A stretch of 63,930 nt of DNA, the filler included, from Octopus bimaculoides (lineage: Eukaryota): assembly GCF_001194135.2 (NCBI RefSeq). It is 6 parts of 6 records of this genome, joined end to end, with 100 filler letters (N's around TTAATTAATTAA, not from the genome) between each part and the next. Parts side by side here need not be neighbours in the genome. Positions count along the whole stretch, not along the records: positions 23,995 to 50,315 come from NC_068999.1; positions 50,416 to 57,909 come from NC_069001.1; 4 more parts are not named here. One strand, given 5' to 3'. Below are positions 37,637-51,333 of this stretch, piece by piece. The position numbers and the translations under genes are program-made. Each line of letters opens with the position of its first letter. Positions within the stretch are counted from its first letter, which is position 1. The notes under the pieces are model-generated. The model made no database searches. It was not told where the DNA came from and worked only from the letters and a program-made list of their open reading frames with translations.

Positions 37637-40277
37637 AAGCAAGTCACTAAATGTTGGAAGAAGGAAGTCCAGTTCGAAAATTTTATGCGATTGTTTGTGT
37701 GGCTGAGCAATAAACGCACTGAAAAGGTTCGAGTGCAATCTCCACAGAAGGTGGCATTACAACAACAGCAGGAAGACACTTAGGAGCCACTATCTAGTCT
37801 TGCTCCATTAGACAGCCAGGAACTAACTGCCCGAAACATTTGTTTGACAGGATTCCTTCCTGTGAAGATTTTTCCTGCTGCCCTCTCGTCTCGTAGCGAG
37901 GTTCTGCTCACTGATGCAAACACTAATACATATAAAGTAGAACCATCTTCTTAGGTTTCAATATATCATTGATCAGTTCATAAGTAGGTCTTGGTCTCTG
38001 AACACGTAGTATATATTTATTCATTGTAGGAGAATTACTTCAATGATAGAAGCATTGTTTTATGGAACTGTGTTCCAGGTCTATATTTCAGAAAATATAC
38101 TGAGGCATAAATTATCGCTTGAAGCCGTAATTGTTAAATAACTTTGTAGCTATATATTTTCTTTTGTAGTTATACATTCTCTTTTAAACTTTAGACTCCT
38201 GCATTAATTTTTAATTTTACATGTCTGTTCGATATAAAGCATTTGATAAGTTATGTACTGATTTTATAGCGCTTCATTATTTCATTTGAAATGAAAATTA
38301 TTCCTAAAACTACTTCGAGAATGAACCAATTTTATTATTATTTCGGGTATTGTTTACTATTACTTCTATTTTCACAGTTTAGTCCAGAAATATCTGGTAC
38401 AATTACTGATACTGCACTGTATATTATTCATAAAAAAGCTCTTCTGGGGAAATAAATATTGCATGCTTCATACACATGATGCAATGCCGTCGTTGATAAA
38501 AAATAAATTAAGAAATTGGTGTTAGGTTGGAGTTACATGTTCGATTCAGTTACATAGAAAGAGAGAGTGGTTGCAACACTGCTTTTTAAACAGTAAGATT
38601 TCTATTCACGTAGCTATAAATATAAGATCCACATTTGTATAAGATTTTAGAAGTCTCGTGGTAGATGTCACCAGATTTTTTTTGAGATTCGTGGATAGAT
38701 GCTGACGCAAGGAGTTTTAACAAATGTGCTCGGACGACCTGCCAGAAATAAAGATTACTATTAAAAAAATAAAATAAAGGTTCAATTATGTAGTCTTAGA
38801 TACTCTATACCAACAAAGAGCTGCAATGATAATAGTTAACAAACATTGCATTATAGGTCTCCGGAATAAGATTTGAATAGAATTGTGTAAAGACGAGAAC
38901 GTAATAGTTCTGCTCAATAAAGATAAATCCTCTGCTAAATAGCATAATTATATATCTAGACTCTCAATCTCTTTGCCCTTCTCTCTATTATTCAATTATC
39001 ATCACAATTATTTCAGCGAGAATATGTCACACTGCTATCGTTATATTCGCATACTGTTAACAAGGATGAAGTGATTTTCAGTCTTTGTTTCTTAAGAGAT
39101 AACATTGATGCAAATCCGTATTCAATTAAAATACTGTAGTGATGAAGAATTTGTTTAAATGGGATTTATACAAATGGTAATAGAAACAAGCCATAAATAT
39201 TTCCATTTAATTCTTGCGTGAAACTATATTCTATATGATATTCATTAACCCTTAAAGCAGAATCGTTAGCGCTTTTCCATTCGTATTTATATTTTCAGTT
39301 CAAATTCCACTGATGTTTACTATGCCATTAGGGGTCGATAAATAAAGTAGCAATTGAGTCATAGGTTTTGACGTAAAGGGAATATTCCCCTGCACCTAAT
39401 TTGCCGGCCTTGTGCCAAAATTTGAAAATATTATATTCATTAAACCATTCAAAATACTACGTCATATATTGCAATAGTCTGTACAATTAGAACATTATAT
39501 TTGTTTAAACAAAACACAGTTTACTTTACAATCGAAATGCGAAATGTGAAAGTGTTGTACATTAGCATATATCTCATTTCAAATAAACTTGCCTATCTCT
39601 GCTGCTACAAATCTATTAAAGTATGTAATTTGGAAATAATTGTATACTTCACTCCTTAAACAGAGAATTAATGAGTGTCAAATGGGGTGCTGCCGTATAC
39701 AAATTTACATTGTATTCCTATAGTCTACACAGAATTATAGTCGTCGAAGTCTTACTAATGACCAAAGCTGTTGAAGTCTAGTACAGGTTTGATAAATAAT
39801 GACGAATTTACAACAAGTCTAGTTCATAAATTCCGCCAATAAAATTGAAATAATCTCGTACATTTGACACGTTACGCTCGAGAACCCGGTTTCTACGAGA
39901 CAGTGTGGCGATAAATTGTAATTAGAATTTTAGATAATAAATAAAATCTACCGGATATGGTGTGCTTGGTAATTATGATGATCCAGTACCTCATTAAAAA
40001 TTTCTATATGAACTTCTGCAAAACAACATTAAAGAATTTTGATTAATATATATTTTTCTGGCTGTAATAATTAATGATAACCAGATACGTGAACGGGTTT
40101 TAAAAATAGGAATTATTAAATGTAATTTTGAGTCTAAAATTCATGATGTAAAGATATTTCTAATATTGAAACTAATTAAATTCTAAAAAAACATATTAGA
40201 ATATCTGATGGATTCCATACAAATGGCGAAAAGATAGACTGATATAACTTTGAAATATCTTGAATTTGCAGGAAGAA

Positions 40278-40334
40278 TATAAAGCATTGCTTTCTTATCC
40301 AATCGTTTCTAGTCTTATTTTGTTTTCTGTGATT
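40278..40334 (+). repeat. 57-bp dispersed direct repeat, copy 2
   Basis: TATAAAGCATTGCTTTCTTATCCAATCGTTTCTAGTCTTATTTTGTTTTCTGTGATT. Confidence 0.92.
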
Positions 40335-42539
40335 CTTTCCAATTTAAGTTGACTGAATACTTAGTGAACATTAACTGCTATGTATATAGCAACACGTATT
40401 ATCTTTCACTTCTAATATCCGCATAGTTATCAATAGGCGCTATGGTTATACCATTATTTCTGAGTGAAATAAAAGAGATGAGAGAAGCGCCTATGGTATT
40501 TACATGCAATCATACATTAATGAAATTGATATGTTTACATTCGAACGTCTGTAGATTGCTGTATACAAAACTAAATATTGGCAACGAGGGTGATACCTGG
40601 TGCGCAATACCTGTTCAAAAGTATTTAGTATATGACATTGGTGGACTTCATCAAATTTTACTAGACTCTCAGAGACGGGGATCACGAACAGGTGCACTGT
40701 ATGCAGTAAACGTTTTAGGAGAATCACAGTTGATATATAAGTTGATATATATCTGTCGAAAAACTGAGAGGGTGAAAGAGAGCAGCGAGCTTGTGTGCTA
40801 ATATTTGCTGTGTTCGCTGATTAAATATACTTGCCAGTCATTCTGAATAATGGGGAAGTTCATATTACCAGGAGCTGGGTTATGCGAGGCCGATGAAATA
40901 AGTGCTGGTCTCGATGTAACAGTTACACCTCCTCACTCCAAAGATGTTAGGCCTTTTAGTAGTAGAAAGTATTATTTTTTCCATTAACACGTGAAAATAA
41001 AAACACAAATTCACTTATATGCGCGTGTGTTTGCACATTTATAATGGACGCCAAATGGACGTTTTTAGACTCTCAATATAGACAAGACACATGCACGAAC
41101 ATACACATATAAGCAAGTAGGCACATGTAACATAAACTTCTTTATATATAATACAAGACTAAAAACTTAGACGATATAATCTTTTCAGCTATTTCACTTA
41201 AATGTCGATCAAATATCGATTCGAGAGTGTTATTTTTGTCGGGTTTTCATTCGAGTAACTGTCTGACGAATTAAAAACATCCGAATGAGGAAAAGGTGTG
41301 TTTGACGCCTGTCTCAGATTGTTTATTCATATACTCTGAAGGATTTGATACAAAGCACAGCTTAATATCTTATATATTTGTGGAAACCAATGAAATACGC
41401 TGTCTCTAAATCGTTCTTCAAGCTGTAAGAAATCCCTTACAAATCCCCTCTACGATTTAACAAAAACTGGTATTCGTTATGTTTGCAGATATTCTTAAAG
41501 CTGCTTTAAATAGACGTATATCTAATACTTATTTTAATTTCAAACTGAAGATCGAGTCGATCTGAACATAACTGGGGTTACAGAACAACAATAAGAACAA
41601 CTATAACAACATCAATATTTTGGTAGCCACAAAGTTTATCGACCAGATTCACATTCAATAAACAATTAGAAGACATTTTGTGTGATTCCGTGCGAGTGTG
41701 TGTGCTGTATACAGAAGCAATAATTAGTGATTTCATAAATCATACTCACCACCAGCGCAAAACTTATACAATTTCCTGAATCATAATAAATACAAATTAG
41801 TTAAGTAAATGTTATCAACGCTAGAGACTTTAATCTTGAAAATTATCAAATTATATTATTTCTAGAAAATATATTTGTAATTACAGTAACTATATATCAG
41901 TTTGAAATTTAAATGAAAATGTCAAGACTGATTAAGAGAAAAAATGTAATTTATATTTAAATTCAATAAAGTGGCTTGCCCAGTGTTTTTATTCCAGGAA
42001 GAATTAATGAAAGCAATCATTTGTAACAGGATATTTTGATAGCGCAGAGCATCTAGGTTTTGTTTTTCTTAATAAGTCTGAGAAAGAGACGCCCGATCAT
42101 GAAGTCTGTACATTCCTACGAGTATACGGTTAAGATCGATATTGCAGATCTTGGGATTTTGAAATTGAACTTTGTGTATGTCAGTAGCTGTTGAAGTAGA
42201 ATGTGGAATCAAAATCCAACCAAGAACGAAGGAAAATGTACGTGATTTGCTAATATCATACATGCGTGACTCCTTAATATCATACGCTACCTTAAACTTT
42301 TTATGCACTCTTATGGACACCCTCATACTATAATACGCCTCACGGGTACCTAGGCGTGGCTGAAGCCATTTTTCAACTGGATTGGTCATAGCCGATTACT
42401 TCCAGAGATAAAAGGAGAGAGCCTAAAAGAGAGAAAATAGACTGGTTTGATACTTGAATCATCGACCACTAATGATAATGATGACTTTGGTGCAAACTGA
42501 ATGATGAGCGTTGAAACTCGGAATGATAGTCACAAGCCA

Positions 42540-43240
42540 TTCTATCCTCATGACTATGGAAATTTTTCCGCCTATATTTTAATCCTAGAAAGTGCTAAAT
42601 CAATAATTTGGTCTTAGATGGTATTGCTTTAATCACATATCTGTCTGCTCATAGGTTACACAGTATCATCAAGCTCAACGTACACGAGTTAACGAACATA
42701 ATCGTTACAGGCCAATAAGAAGTGATCTACACAATCGAACACTCCTCTATAAATCACAGTCTAATCTTCCTCAATATTCTGAAGTCATATGACAAAATAT
42801 TACATTGGTTGTTTCAGCGGCATCAAACTGAAACTCTTTGAACATTAGCATGCTATATCTCAAACTGACATCTGAACAAACACATGAACGTAGAAGTATT
42901 GAACGGATTGAACAAAAATAATAATCACTTCTACAAACAGCTAGTTGCATGTAATTCAAAGCATTTGTAGTGTTTGCTCATGATGCACTTGGGAAGCTTC
43001 TCCGAATAAAATTATTATTGTGAGGAAATAGTACCAGTATTGAAGACATGATAAGCCCCGTACAACTTAAGTGGGTAACATATGGTGCACATATATTTAA
43101 ATCTGTAGGCAGCCCTGCATTCCGAGTTATAAACGAGATTTTAAAAGATAGAATACTGGAAGAATGAGAGGTATGGTAGGCCAACAAAGGCACATACTGA
43201 TACAGTGCCGCGAACACATTCAGAAGGATCAAAAATAATT
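42540..43240 (+). mobile_element. Highly degenerate RTE-like LINE fragment
   Basis: TSIEDMISPVQLKWVTYG resembles the RTE motif TSIEAML.K.QLRWAGHV. FNPRK and DGIALITY upstream resemble FNLRR and DDCAL. Many stops. Confidence 0.35.
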
Positions 43241-44724
43241 TTATTGGTCAATGTGTACAAGCTGTACCAGTACACCGACTACAAAACAGGAACAATTAGA
43301 AATTTGGAATAATCATATTTTCCTTTTTACTAGATCTGCATGCTAAATATACGAGAATTCGTATCTGCAATTTGCGTGCGCAGAGTCGTATCCAATGTCG
43401 GAATAACAGCATGAATAAGGACAACTCTGTATCAAGATTCTGATGATTGATCTGTTCCTTTTGCATATGGTACACTCAGCCTTACACTAACTCATGTAGG
43501 TTGTATTTTTTAATATGGTACTTTCTGTTTGGAGTGTCATGGGAATGCTTTGTTGAATGTCATTAAAAAAGTCTCTTGATTTGCTAGGTATTCAACGGGG
43601 TGGCAGAGTTGGTATACCATCGGTTAGATTATAATGCTTTCATTTATTCTTCTCAGCATTCTGAGTTCGGAACATGCGAACGCCATCTGTTCCTTTTAAC
43701 CCCTTTACAACCAATGAATAGATTACCAAATCAGTAGAAGTGTCGATTCGATTCATCTTCTGGAGAAAAGTTTTGTAAAAAAGTAACGACTGCGGTCAGA
43801 CACGGGGAGAGATGAGATCTACAAATCTTAAATGCCCAGGTCACAGTATTTCACCACTGCGGATGTGTTGTAGCATCAGATGTTCATTTTTAAAGACACT
43901 GCAATGATATGAATGAGATGCTGCCGATTTCTTTAATAGATGTATGACTATGTCGAAAAAGTCCTCTGTGATAGCTCTGTATGTTGATGCAGCAATATGT
44001 GCAATATTATTATTCGCTTTGCACGTACCATTTTTACAGCATTAGTATCAAATTAAATTTGAAACACCTTTTAATAAAGAAAATCTTCAATATTCCTGTG
44101 GGAGGTTTGCAATCCTAAATATGTGAGGTTTCCAGGAATTTCTTACGTAGTAAGACACCCATCGTTTGCATCGACGTTGAATTTCGTAGGTTACGTATAT
44201 ACATTCGGTGCTAAGCGCATGATATTCGAAACGATTGTTACTGTGTGTTTGAAGGAAACCATTGTCATGGACCTTGGGACGATGTTCCCTGGTTATATTT
44301 CGTGCTGTCTTTATCCAGCTTGAGGTGCGTAGGTTACATTTCGCTAAAGCTGTTGGCAAATAATTGTAAGGAAATTTGAAATATAATATCATTAATATAG
44401 GATCGTGTCTACTTAGAGATTATTAACCAAATTTTTGGTGTTGTAGTTGTTGCTGCGTCTGAGCCCTGGTTCAGGTTTCACTACTTCCTTTGTTTTGTTT
44501 CTGGCTGTATGGCAATTTCCAGTATATCCTGACTTCATTTAAGAAAGTATTGAACGAATTTGAGGAGATAAGGCTGTTTATTCTACAATGTCGAATGCGC
44601 ACTCTCTCTCTCTTTGTCTCCTAATTATGATAGTTGCTTCAAGTGTGTGAACATTATATTTTCATGCAAGTTGAAACAAGTTTGTTATTCCAACCTCTAA
44701 ACTACATAGAGTAAAGGGAACGTT

Positions 44725-44935
44725 GCGTCAGTTCACTCAGCTGTAGAAATGAGTTGCGAGATCACTGGTGCCAAGCTGTATCGGTCTTTGCTTTTCGCTT
44801 TGATAAAATCGGTGGCGTGTAGAGGGGAGACTGGTATGAATGGGCGACTGCTGATTTTCTATAAAGAACCTTGCCGTGGTGGGTAACTTTCGAGGTGCAA
44901 TTCCATGGTTATTCCTGATTGAAGGTGGTCTTTAA
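44725..44935 (+). mobile_element. SINE family C copy
   Basis: CAGTTCACTCAGCTGTAGAAATGAGTTGCGA..TCACTGGTGCCAAGCTGTATC is the RC of the 19830-19900 segment. Confidence 0.75.
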
Positions 44936-46567
44936 CCTTTATATTATTTAACTGAGAAATGTAATTTAAATTTGTTTCACTTCGTATATAGTTTATATAG
45001 GTAAAATATTGATGAAATGTGAATGCATCCCAGAGTTCAGAGAATATATGAGGGGTTGGAAATCACAGACTTACACACACAAATTCAGTTTCATCATGAG
45101 TAAGCGACAAAGAAACAAAAAATAAATCGAGCAACTTAACTGCGAATATATATCTTCAAATTGTAAGGTTAGTCATTGCATGCAATAATGTATGTAATAC
45201 TGCATAGTGTAATGCATAATCCCTGTTCCTTGCAACATTTTTGCTATTTATATTCCCGACAAGTTTCCCGTTAGCTTATCCCTGAATCATAGATATCATT
45301 TATTAACATACTCGAAAGAGTTTTATAAAGAGTGTACTGTTCCACCTGGTGATGGCAGCACTGTTTTGAGACTAAAAATTGCATTTGTATTCTAATACAG
45401 TTTTGCGTCCTTATAGAATTTGTGTCGTTGCATTCCATAATGGAATCGATATCTAGGTTATTTAAGAACAGTTATCTATTATATTTAGAACCCGTATGTT
45501 TCTTTAAACATACCAGCTTTCGGCACATATACGCAACACGGTCACCGACAAATATCTACTGCAACTGAGGAATATTAGCTGATGGCAAAGTTATATAAAC
45601 CTAATGTTTTACTATACCTACCTTTAGTGGTTTGTTGTTGATGATCTTTTTCACCGATCCTTCCTCCTTCTTTCACATAGTTGTGTGTCATTGTTATTTG
45701 ACATCATAACATAGATCAAATTTATATTGAATTCTAGCTATAAATTTGTTCTTTTAACATCTAGCATTCCTTATGTTTCCCTGCCCTATTGTCATCTTTA
45801 TTTGGCTATGAAAAAGATCAAAATTGTTTCCCTCTGTTATTTGACAGTTTCATCTGCTGTACATCATTTCAACAACGTGGATTACAAACTTTTGTGTGGT
45901 ATGTTTGTGTGTTGTATATACAACACGATTTGCACTATATAATTTCTGTCGGTCGGTGATAGTGCAAAACATGTGCCTTTAGTATGAGACATTTTGATAC
46001 CGTTAATTTGATATCACAAACCTAGAATCTCTTCGCACTGGTGGACGTTAAACGTTCATACTAGTTGACAACAAGTTTGTAATCACATCCAAATTACTCG
46101 ATTACTAAACGTAATTTAGATTTATGTTTCACGTTGTATACAGTTGACATAGAAGTATTGAAGAAACATGAAAAACAAAAATTCTCATAATGGATTCCTA
46201 TACATGTCTAACGAAGTAGAACTAACTGTGAATGTAAATGTTAGTGCGCTGAGCGGAAAATTTGGAGACAGAGCTTGAAGGAGAGCGATTGAGAAAGTGA
46301 GAATGAGAGAGATAAATATTACGATATATGAAATGACACGTCTCTCCTTCACAGTCAATTTGTTAATGTGTTTGTGTTTTGCGTATGTGAATACGAAACA
46401 CTTTACGGCAATCGGGCCATCGGGCCATTTAATATATTTTAAAATTTCGCTCACCTAAATCTCTCTCTCTCTGTCCCTCTCTCTCTCTCTTTCTCTCTCT
46501 CTCTTTCACTCTCACTCTCTCTCTCTCTCTCTCTCTATANNNNNNNNNNNNNNNNNNNNNNNNNNTA

Positions 46568-46895
46568 TATTGGCGTGGCTGTGTGCTAAGAACTTTTCTT
46601 CTCAACCACATGGTTCCGGATTCAGTCTCAGTGCGTGGAACCTTGGACAAGTGTTTTCTACAATAGCTACAAGTCTGTCGTATATATATATACATATGTT
46701 TGTTTGTATCTGTTCCTACACCATAGCTTGACAACAGAAGTTAGCGTGTTTACGTACTCGTAACTTAGCGGTACTACAAAAGAGACCGATAGAATAAGAA
46801 GTAAGCCTACAAAGAATAAGTTCTGCGGTCCATTCATTCGGCAAAATGTGATGCTCCAGCATGATGTCAGCCAAATGAGTGAAACAAGTAAAAGG
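46568..46895 (+). mobile_element. SINE family A copy with internal deletion
   Basis: GGCGTGGCTGTGTG..AAG..CTT..TTCTCAACCACATGGTTCCGG head and AAATGAGTGAAACAAGTAAAAG tail. Confidence 0.8.
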
Positions 46896-48074
46896 TTATA
46901 TATATGTGTGTGTGTGTGTGTTTGTGTATGCGTGTTTGTGTGTGCGTGGGTTTAATTGAAGGAGGTGAGAGATGTTTTGTTTGTCAAGATTCCCTCATAA
47001 ATAGCAATGTCTCCCTGTCTATCGCTCTCTCTATTTATATGTGCATATTTTTGCACGCATGTATTCTTACCACCAGTACCAAACTGTACAACACCAAAAG
47101 AGTCCATTACCAAAACAGGTCGAATGACAGGTCTGCCAGTTCCCTAACCTTCTAACAACGGCAATCAATTATCTTATGTTCATGTGTCTCACGCTTGTTG
47201 TTACATTGATGCTTGGCAAGAAATTTGAGTAAGAGTTTTAGTCTTTATTTCTCGTAATTTTCCATTTGTCTCAGGTTACACTCATTCTGTGCGGGATAGT
47301 TTTCGCTACGTTTACAGTTCATGTTTTTGGAACAGCATTATTTTGTTTCTCTATTTTGGGATTTGTTTCTCTCTAAACTTCTCGATTCGCATAACTTTGT
47401 TTTATGTTGTTGACGCTATAGTTTTATAACTGGGGGGAGGGGGGTAATGTGTTTATTTCTCTTGTCTCGTTTCTCGTATTTACTTCAGACTCTTCAGTAA
47501 TAATCTTTTCTAATTTTCTCATTTATTTCAGCGTGTTAAGTCCCATCAGCTTCATCTACTGATAAGTATTTGCGTGGCTGGTTCTGGTCTATTTCACTGA
47601 TTTCGTTGTCTGTGTTAAATTAAATGTTTTTAACTTAAGTGAATTTGCCTCTTATTATACTTGGTTTGGCACATTTGTGTAATTCCCTAATCATGTTTAT
47701 GTCTTGCCAGAATTAACGAACGATTTTTAGCCGCCTTTCAAACCGTGCTGTCTCCGGTAAATAATTTATGTTATCCATATAAAACGAATGTCTTTGTAGT
47801 TTTTCCGTAGTATCAATATAGGCTTGTGATTTAGTCAGTAGTTTAATTAATGAAAGTTCAGCAAAAGAAAAGACGAATATAAGGGGTGTGATCCGGAATA
47901 TTCTTCTGTTTTGTAATTATAGGCATGACGCTGATTGTTTTGAATTGTCTAGTAGTTAATTTTCAAGATAGTGTATCGTACTGAGTAAACTTTGATATTA
48001 TAGCCGATGTTTGTTTTCTCTAATTGGGAAGTTTGTAGTACATGTGTTGAATACTTCGTTATTATTATTAATAG

Positions 48075-48300
48075 TAAGGCGGCGAGCTAGCAGAATCATC
48101 AGAATGCCGTGCCGGACAAAATGTTTAACAGCATTTTGCCCGCCTTTACGTTCCGAGTTCAAGTTCTGGTGAGGCCGATTTTGCATTTCATCCTTTTAAC
48201 GTGGATGAAATAAGTATCGGTTACGCACTAGGGTCGATGTAATCGACTAGCCCCTTCCCTAAATTTCAGGTCTTATGCCTATATTAGAAAGAATTATAAT
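48075..48300 (+). mobile_element. SINE family B copy
   Basis: GGCGGCGAGCTAGCAGAATC...TTCCGAGTTCAAGTTCTGGTGAGGCCGATTTTGCATTTCATCC...GGGTCGATGTAATCGAC. Confidence 0.85.
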
Positions 48301-48389
48301 TATAAATCATCATCATTATCAGCAGCAGTAGTAGTTAGCAGCAGCAGCAGTAGTAGTAGTAGCGTTCACATTATGCACGAATGCTTTGC

Positions 48390-49560
48390 ATTTGAAAGCT
48401 ATGTCCTTCATACTGGCCCAGGACCAGTTTCTTTAGCTTTCGTGGACATTCTTTACAATCTTTGCTGCTCCCAATAGAACAGATTTTTTAATTAATGTAA
48501 CTCTTGTAGCCAAACCAATTTCAATAAGGGAACTGTAAGGGCACCTAAAACAACTTGAATCACTTTTGTAGAAACCACCAACAGTTGTCCTACTTTCTTA
48601 GGCAAATGCTTGTATTTCCCTATTTTCTATTTCCGTATTTCCTCCTTCTGCAAGCTTTTTGTTCGGGCGGTAATATAACGTTCTCATCAAGAATTTTTTT
48701 TACAGTTTTTCTGCAATTCCTCCTGAGAATAACTTCCACATTAATGGGAGGCAAGAAATTGGTCTGTAATTGTCAGCAGCATTTCCCTTTGATACGTCCT
48801 TCAGGCACAACACCGTTCGTCCATTTGTCAACCAACCCGGGATTTCTTGGTCGCCATTGATCAATGCATTAAATTGCTCTGTGATCAATTTATGGCAACT
48901 ACTGAACATTTTTATCCAAAACCCCTATACAATGTCAGGTCTTGCTGCTTTCCAATAGCTTACCTTTTTACTCATATTTCTGATACTGCCTTCTTTGAAG
49001 TGGATCACCTCTTGCTGGGGATAAGAAGCTGTTTGCTTCAGGCTGCAGAGCCAGAGAGCTGTAGTATTATGTTGTTCTTGCTTACTCCATACCTTACCCT
49101 AAAATCGTCGACTTTCATCAGCTAATCTTACACGTCTTTTATCATCATTAATCTGTTGGTAAAATCTTTTTTGGTCAGTTCTAAACAATTTGCTTTGCTG
49201 GTATTGCTTACTCCGTTGTTCAAACCTAGTTAGCTTTGCTTTTTTTTACATGTATGTGCTACTTCAGTCCTCCAATTATGACATTTAGGTTTTTGCATCT
49301 ACACCATAATTCTTCCTAACTTTTTCGAATTTCCATTTATTCTTAAGTTCTCCATTTCTTTTCCTGACAAATACTAACACTGCACTGTTCAAGGAGTTTA
49401 TGTCTTCCGAAATTCTCCTTTTCCACCTCGGGTGCTTATTTCCTCTTCTATCAGTCGATGTTATATTCTCTGTAGTTCAAAATCCCATCCTTTCCGGCAC
49501 AATCTTACTAGCAACCTTCCCGTTTGTTATCTTTGCCTTGAATAATACGGTACGATTGAA
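48390..49560 (-). mobile_element. R4/Dong-like non-LTR retrotransposon RT-region relic
   Basis: HPRWKRRISEDINSL; [29 protein letters not shown]; [41 protein letters not shown]; ILPPEQKACRR. Confidence 0.8.
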
Positions 49561-49629
49561 TTTATTTTTCATTTGTCTGTGTGGATGGTCGATGGGGACG
49601 GAGATGGTCTGATGTTGATTGGATAATAA

Positions 49630-49925
49630 TGTGGCGAGCGTGTTGACACGTGTTCTGCGAGCGATGGAGATGATACACAGGTAAAATACATAATTTCATT
49701 TGGAAAATAGAAATAGATTTTAATGAGTATAACTTACTCAGATATAGTCCAGCATCTTTAATGAGTATTACTAACTCGAGTATAGTCTAACACTTGCCAG
49801 TGTGGTGAGTGTGTTTACACGTGTTGTGTGAGTGACGAAGAGGATACACAGTTAAAATATAACATTCGGAAAATAGAAATAAATTTTAATGAGTATTACT
49901 TACTCGGATATAGTCTAACACTTTG
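49630..49925 (+). repeat. Diverged tandem duplication, period about 171 bp
   Basis: TGTGGCGAGCGTGTTGACACGTGTT (49630) versus TGTGGTGAGTGTGTTTACACGTGTT (49801). Both are followed by GATACACAG.TAAAATA...GGAAAATAGAAATA.ATTTTAATGAGTAT. Confidence 0.85.
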
Positions 49926-49987
49926 TCAGTTATTTTAGGTTCCATTTGTTTTCTTTATTCCCAATATTTTGGAGAAGTGTTTTATGG

Positions 49988-50054
49988 CTCTTCTTCTTCT
50001 TCTTCTTCTTCTTCTTCTTCTTCTTCTTCTTCTTCTTCTTCTTCTTCTTCTTCA

Positions 50055-50117
<63 letters not shown>
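49988..50117 (+). repeat. Compound (TCT)n(ATT)n microsatellite
   Basis: Direct reading. Confidence 0.97.
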
Positions 50118-50118
<1 letters not shown>

Positions 50119-50952
50119 TTATGTTTGACTTTTGTTTTGCATTTGTACAAGTTGGATCCAAGTCTCACCCAGAGACCTCAAGAGACAACAAGTTAGAAGT
50201 TCATGTAGGTGTTATGCCTAGGGTACCATATATTTGGATTTGTACAGTTTTGTTCAAGTGAATGTTTAAGAAACCATAAGAAAATTATGTGTTTGCTTTA
50301 AAATTTGAGATCACANNNNNNNNNNNNNNNNNNNNNNNNNNNNNNNNNNNNNNNNNNNNTTAATTAATTAANNNNNNNNNNNNNNNNNNNNNNNNNNNNN
50401 NNNNNNNNNNNNNNNGGTGGTGGTGATGAGGCGATGGTGGTGGTGGTGGTGGTGGCGGTGGCGCTGGCGTCTGTCGTGACGCTCTTCTTACCCATTAAAA
50501 CCATATTTCTGTTTCTTTGCATGAATCGTTCATCACCTTCCGCCATTTACTGACACCACAACCATCACAACTACCACCACTACCAACAACATCACTTACC
50601 ACAACTATATTATATACGAAGTTACACCGTCTCAGAACTTTACAGAAAGACAGAGCTGATATCGAAACGTTGGGACAAGATGAAGTTTATAACAACACAT
50701 TTCAGAGAAACAAATGAAGCAGCGATAATGCAATACATGAATACACTGCGATCCCGCCTTTTGTTTCGAGAAATTTGTTGAGGGCCGATATGTTCAAACG
50801 TTAAGATTTTTGTAACTATAGTGTAGATGTATGTCCAGAGTCTATTGCTGTCTTCGTCTCTATCTCGTCCTTCTCTATCTATCTATCTATCTTTCTATAC
50901 ATACATATTTGTTTTGCAAGATTCTTGATGTGAAATCGTGTGTTGAAACAGA

Positions 50953-51068
50953 TATTGTTGTATTTGGGGATGGTCATGTTGCCAATTTAGCAAATTAACA
51001 CCAAATATATAGTGCGTGTGTTTTTTATTGCTAAACTGGCAACATGACCATCCCCAAATACAATAATA
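50953..51068. repeat. 41-bp inverted repeat (2 mismatches) with 34-nt loop
   Basis: TATTGTTGTATTTGGGGATGGTCATGTTGCCAATTTAGCAA (50953-50993) versus the RC of 51028-51068. Confidence 0.95.
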
Positions 51069-51089
51069 TATATATATATATATATATAT

Positions 51090-51302
51090 CTTTTACTCAT
51101 TTACTTGTTTCAATCATTTGACTGCGGGCATGCTGGAGCACCGCTTTTAGTCAAGCAAATCGACCCCAGGACTTATTCTTTGTAAGCCTAGTACTTATTC
51201 TATCGATCTCTTTTGCCGAACCCCTAAGTTACGGGAACGTAAACACACCAGTATCGGTTGTCAGGCAATGCTGGGTGGACAAACACAGACATACAAACAT
51301 AT

Positions 51303-51333
<31 letters not shown>

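Noticed and set aside
40442-40801. 119-aa ORF in non-repetitive sequence
   Set aside because: No recognisable motif or convincing splice context; length is compatible with chance.
44087-44392. 101-aa minus-strand ORF
   Set aside because: No known motif in the listed frame. Another frame has only a faint LINE-like LTYLG, too weak to call.
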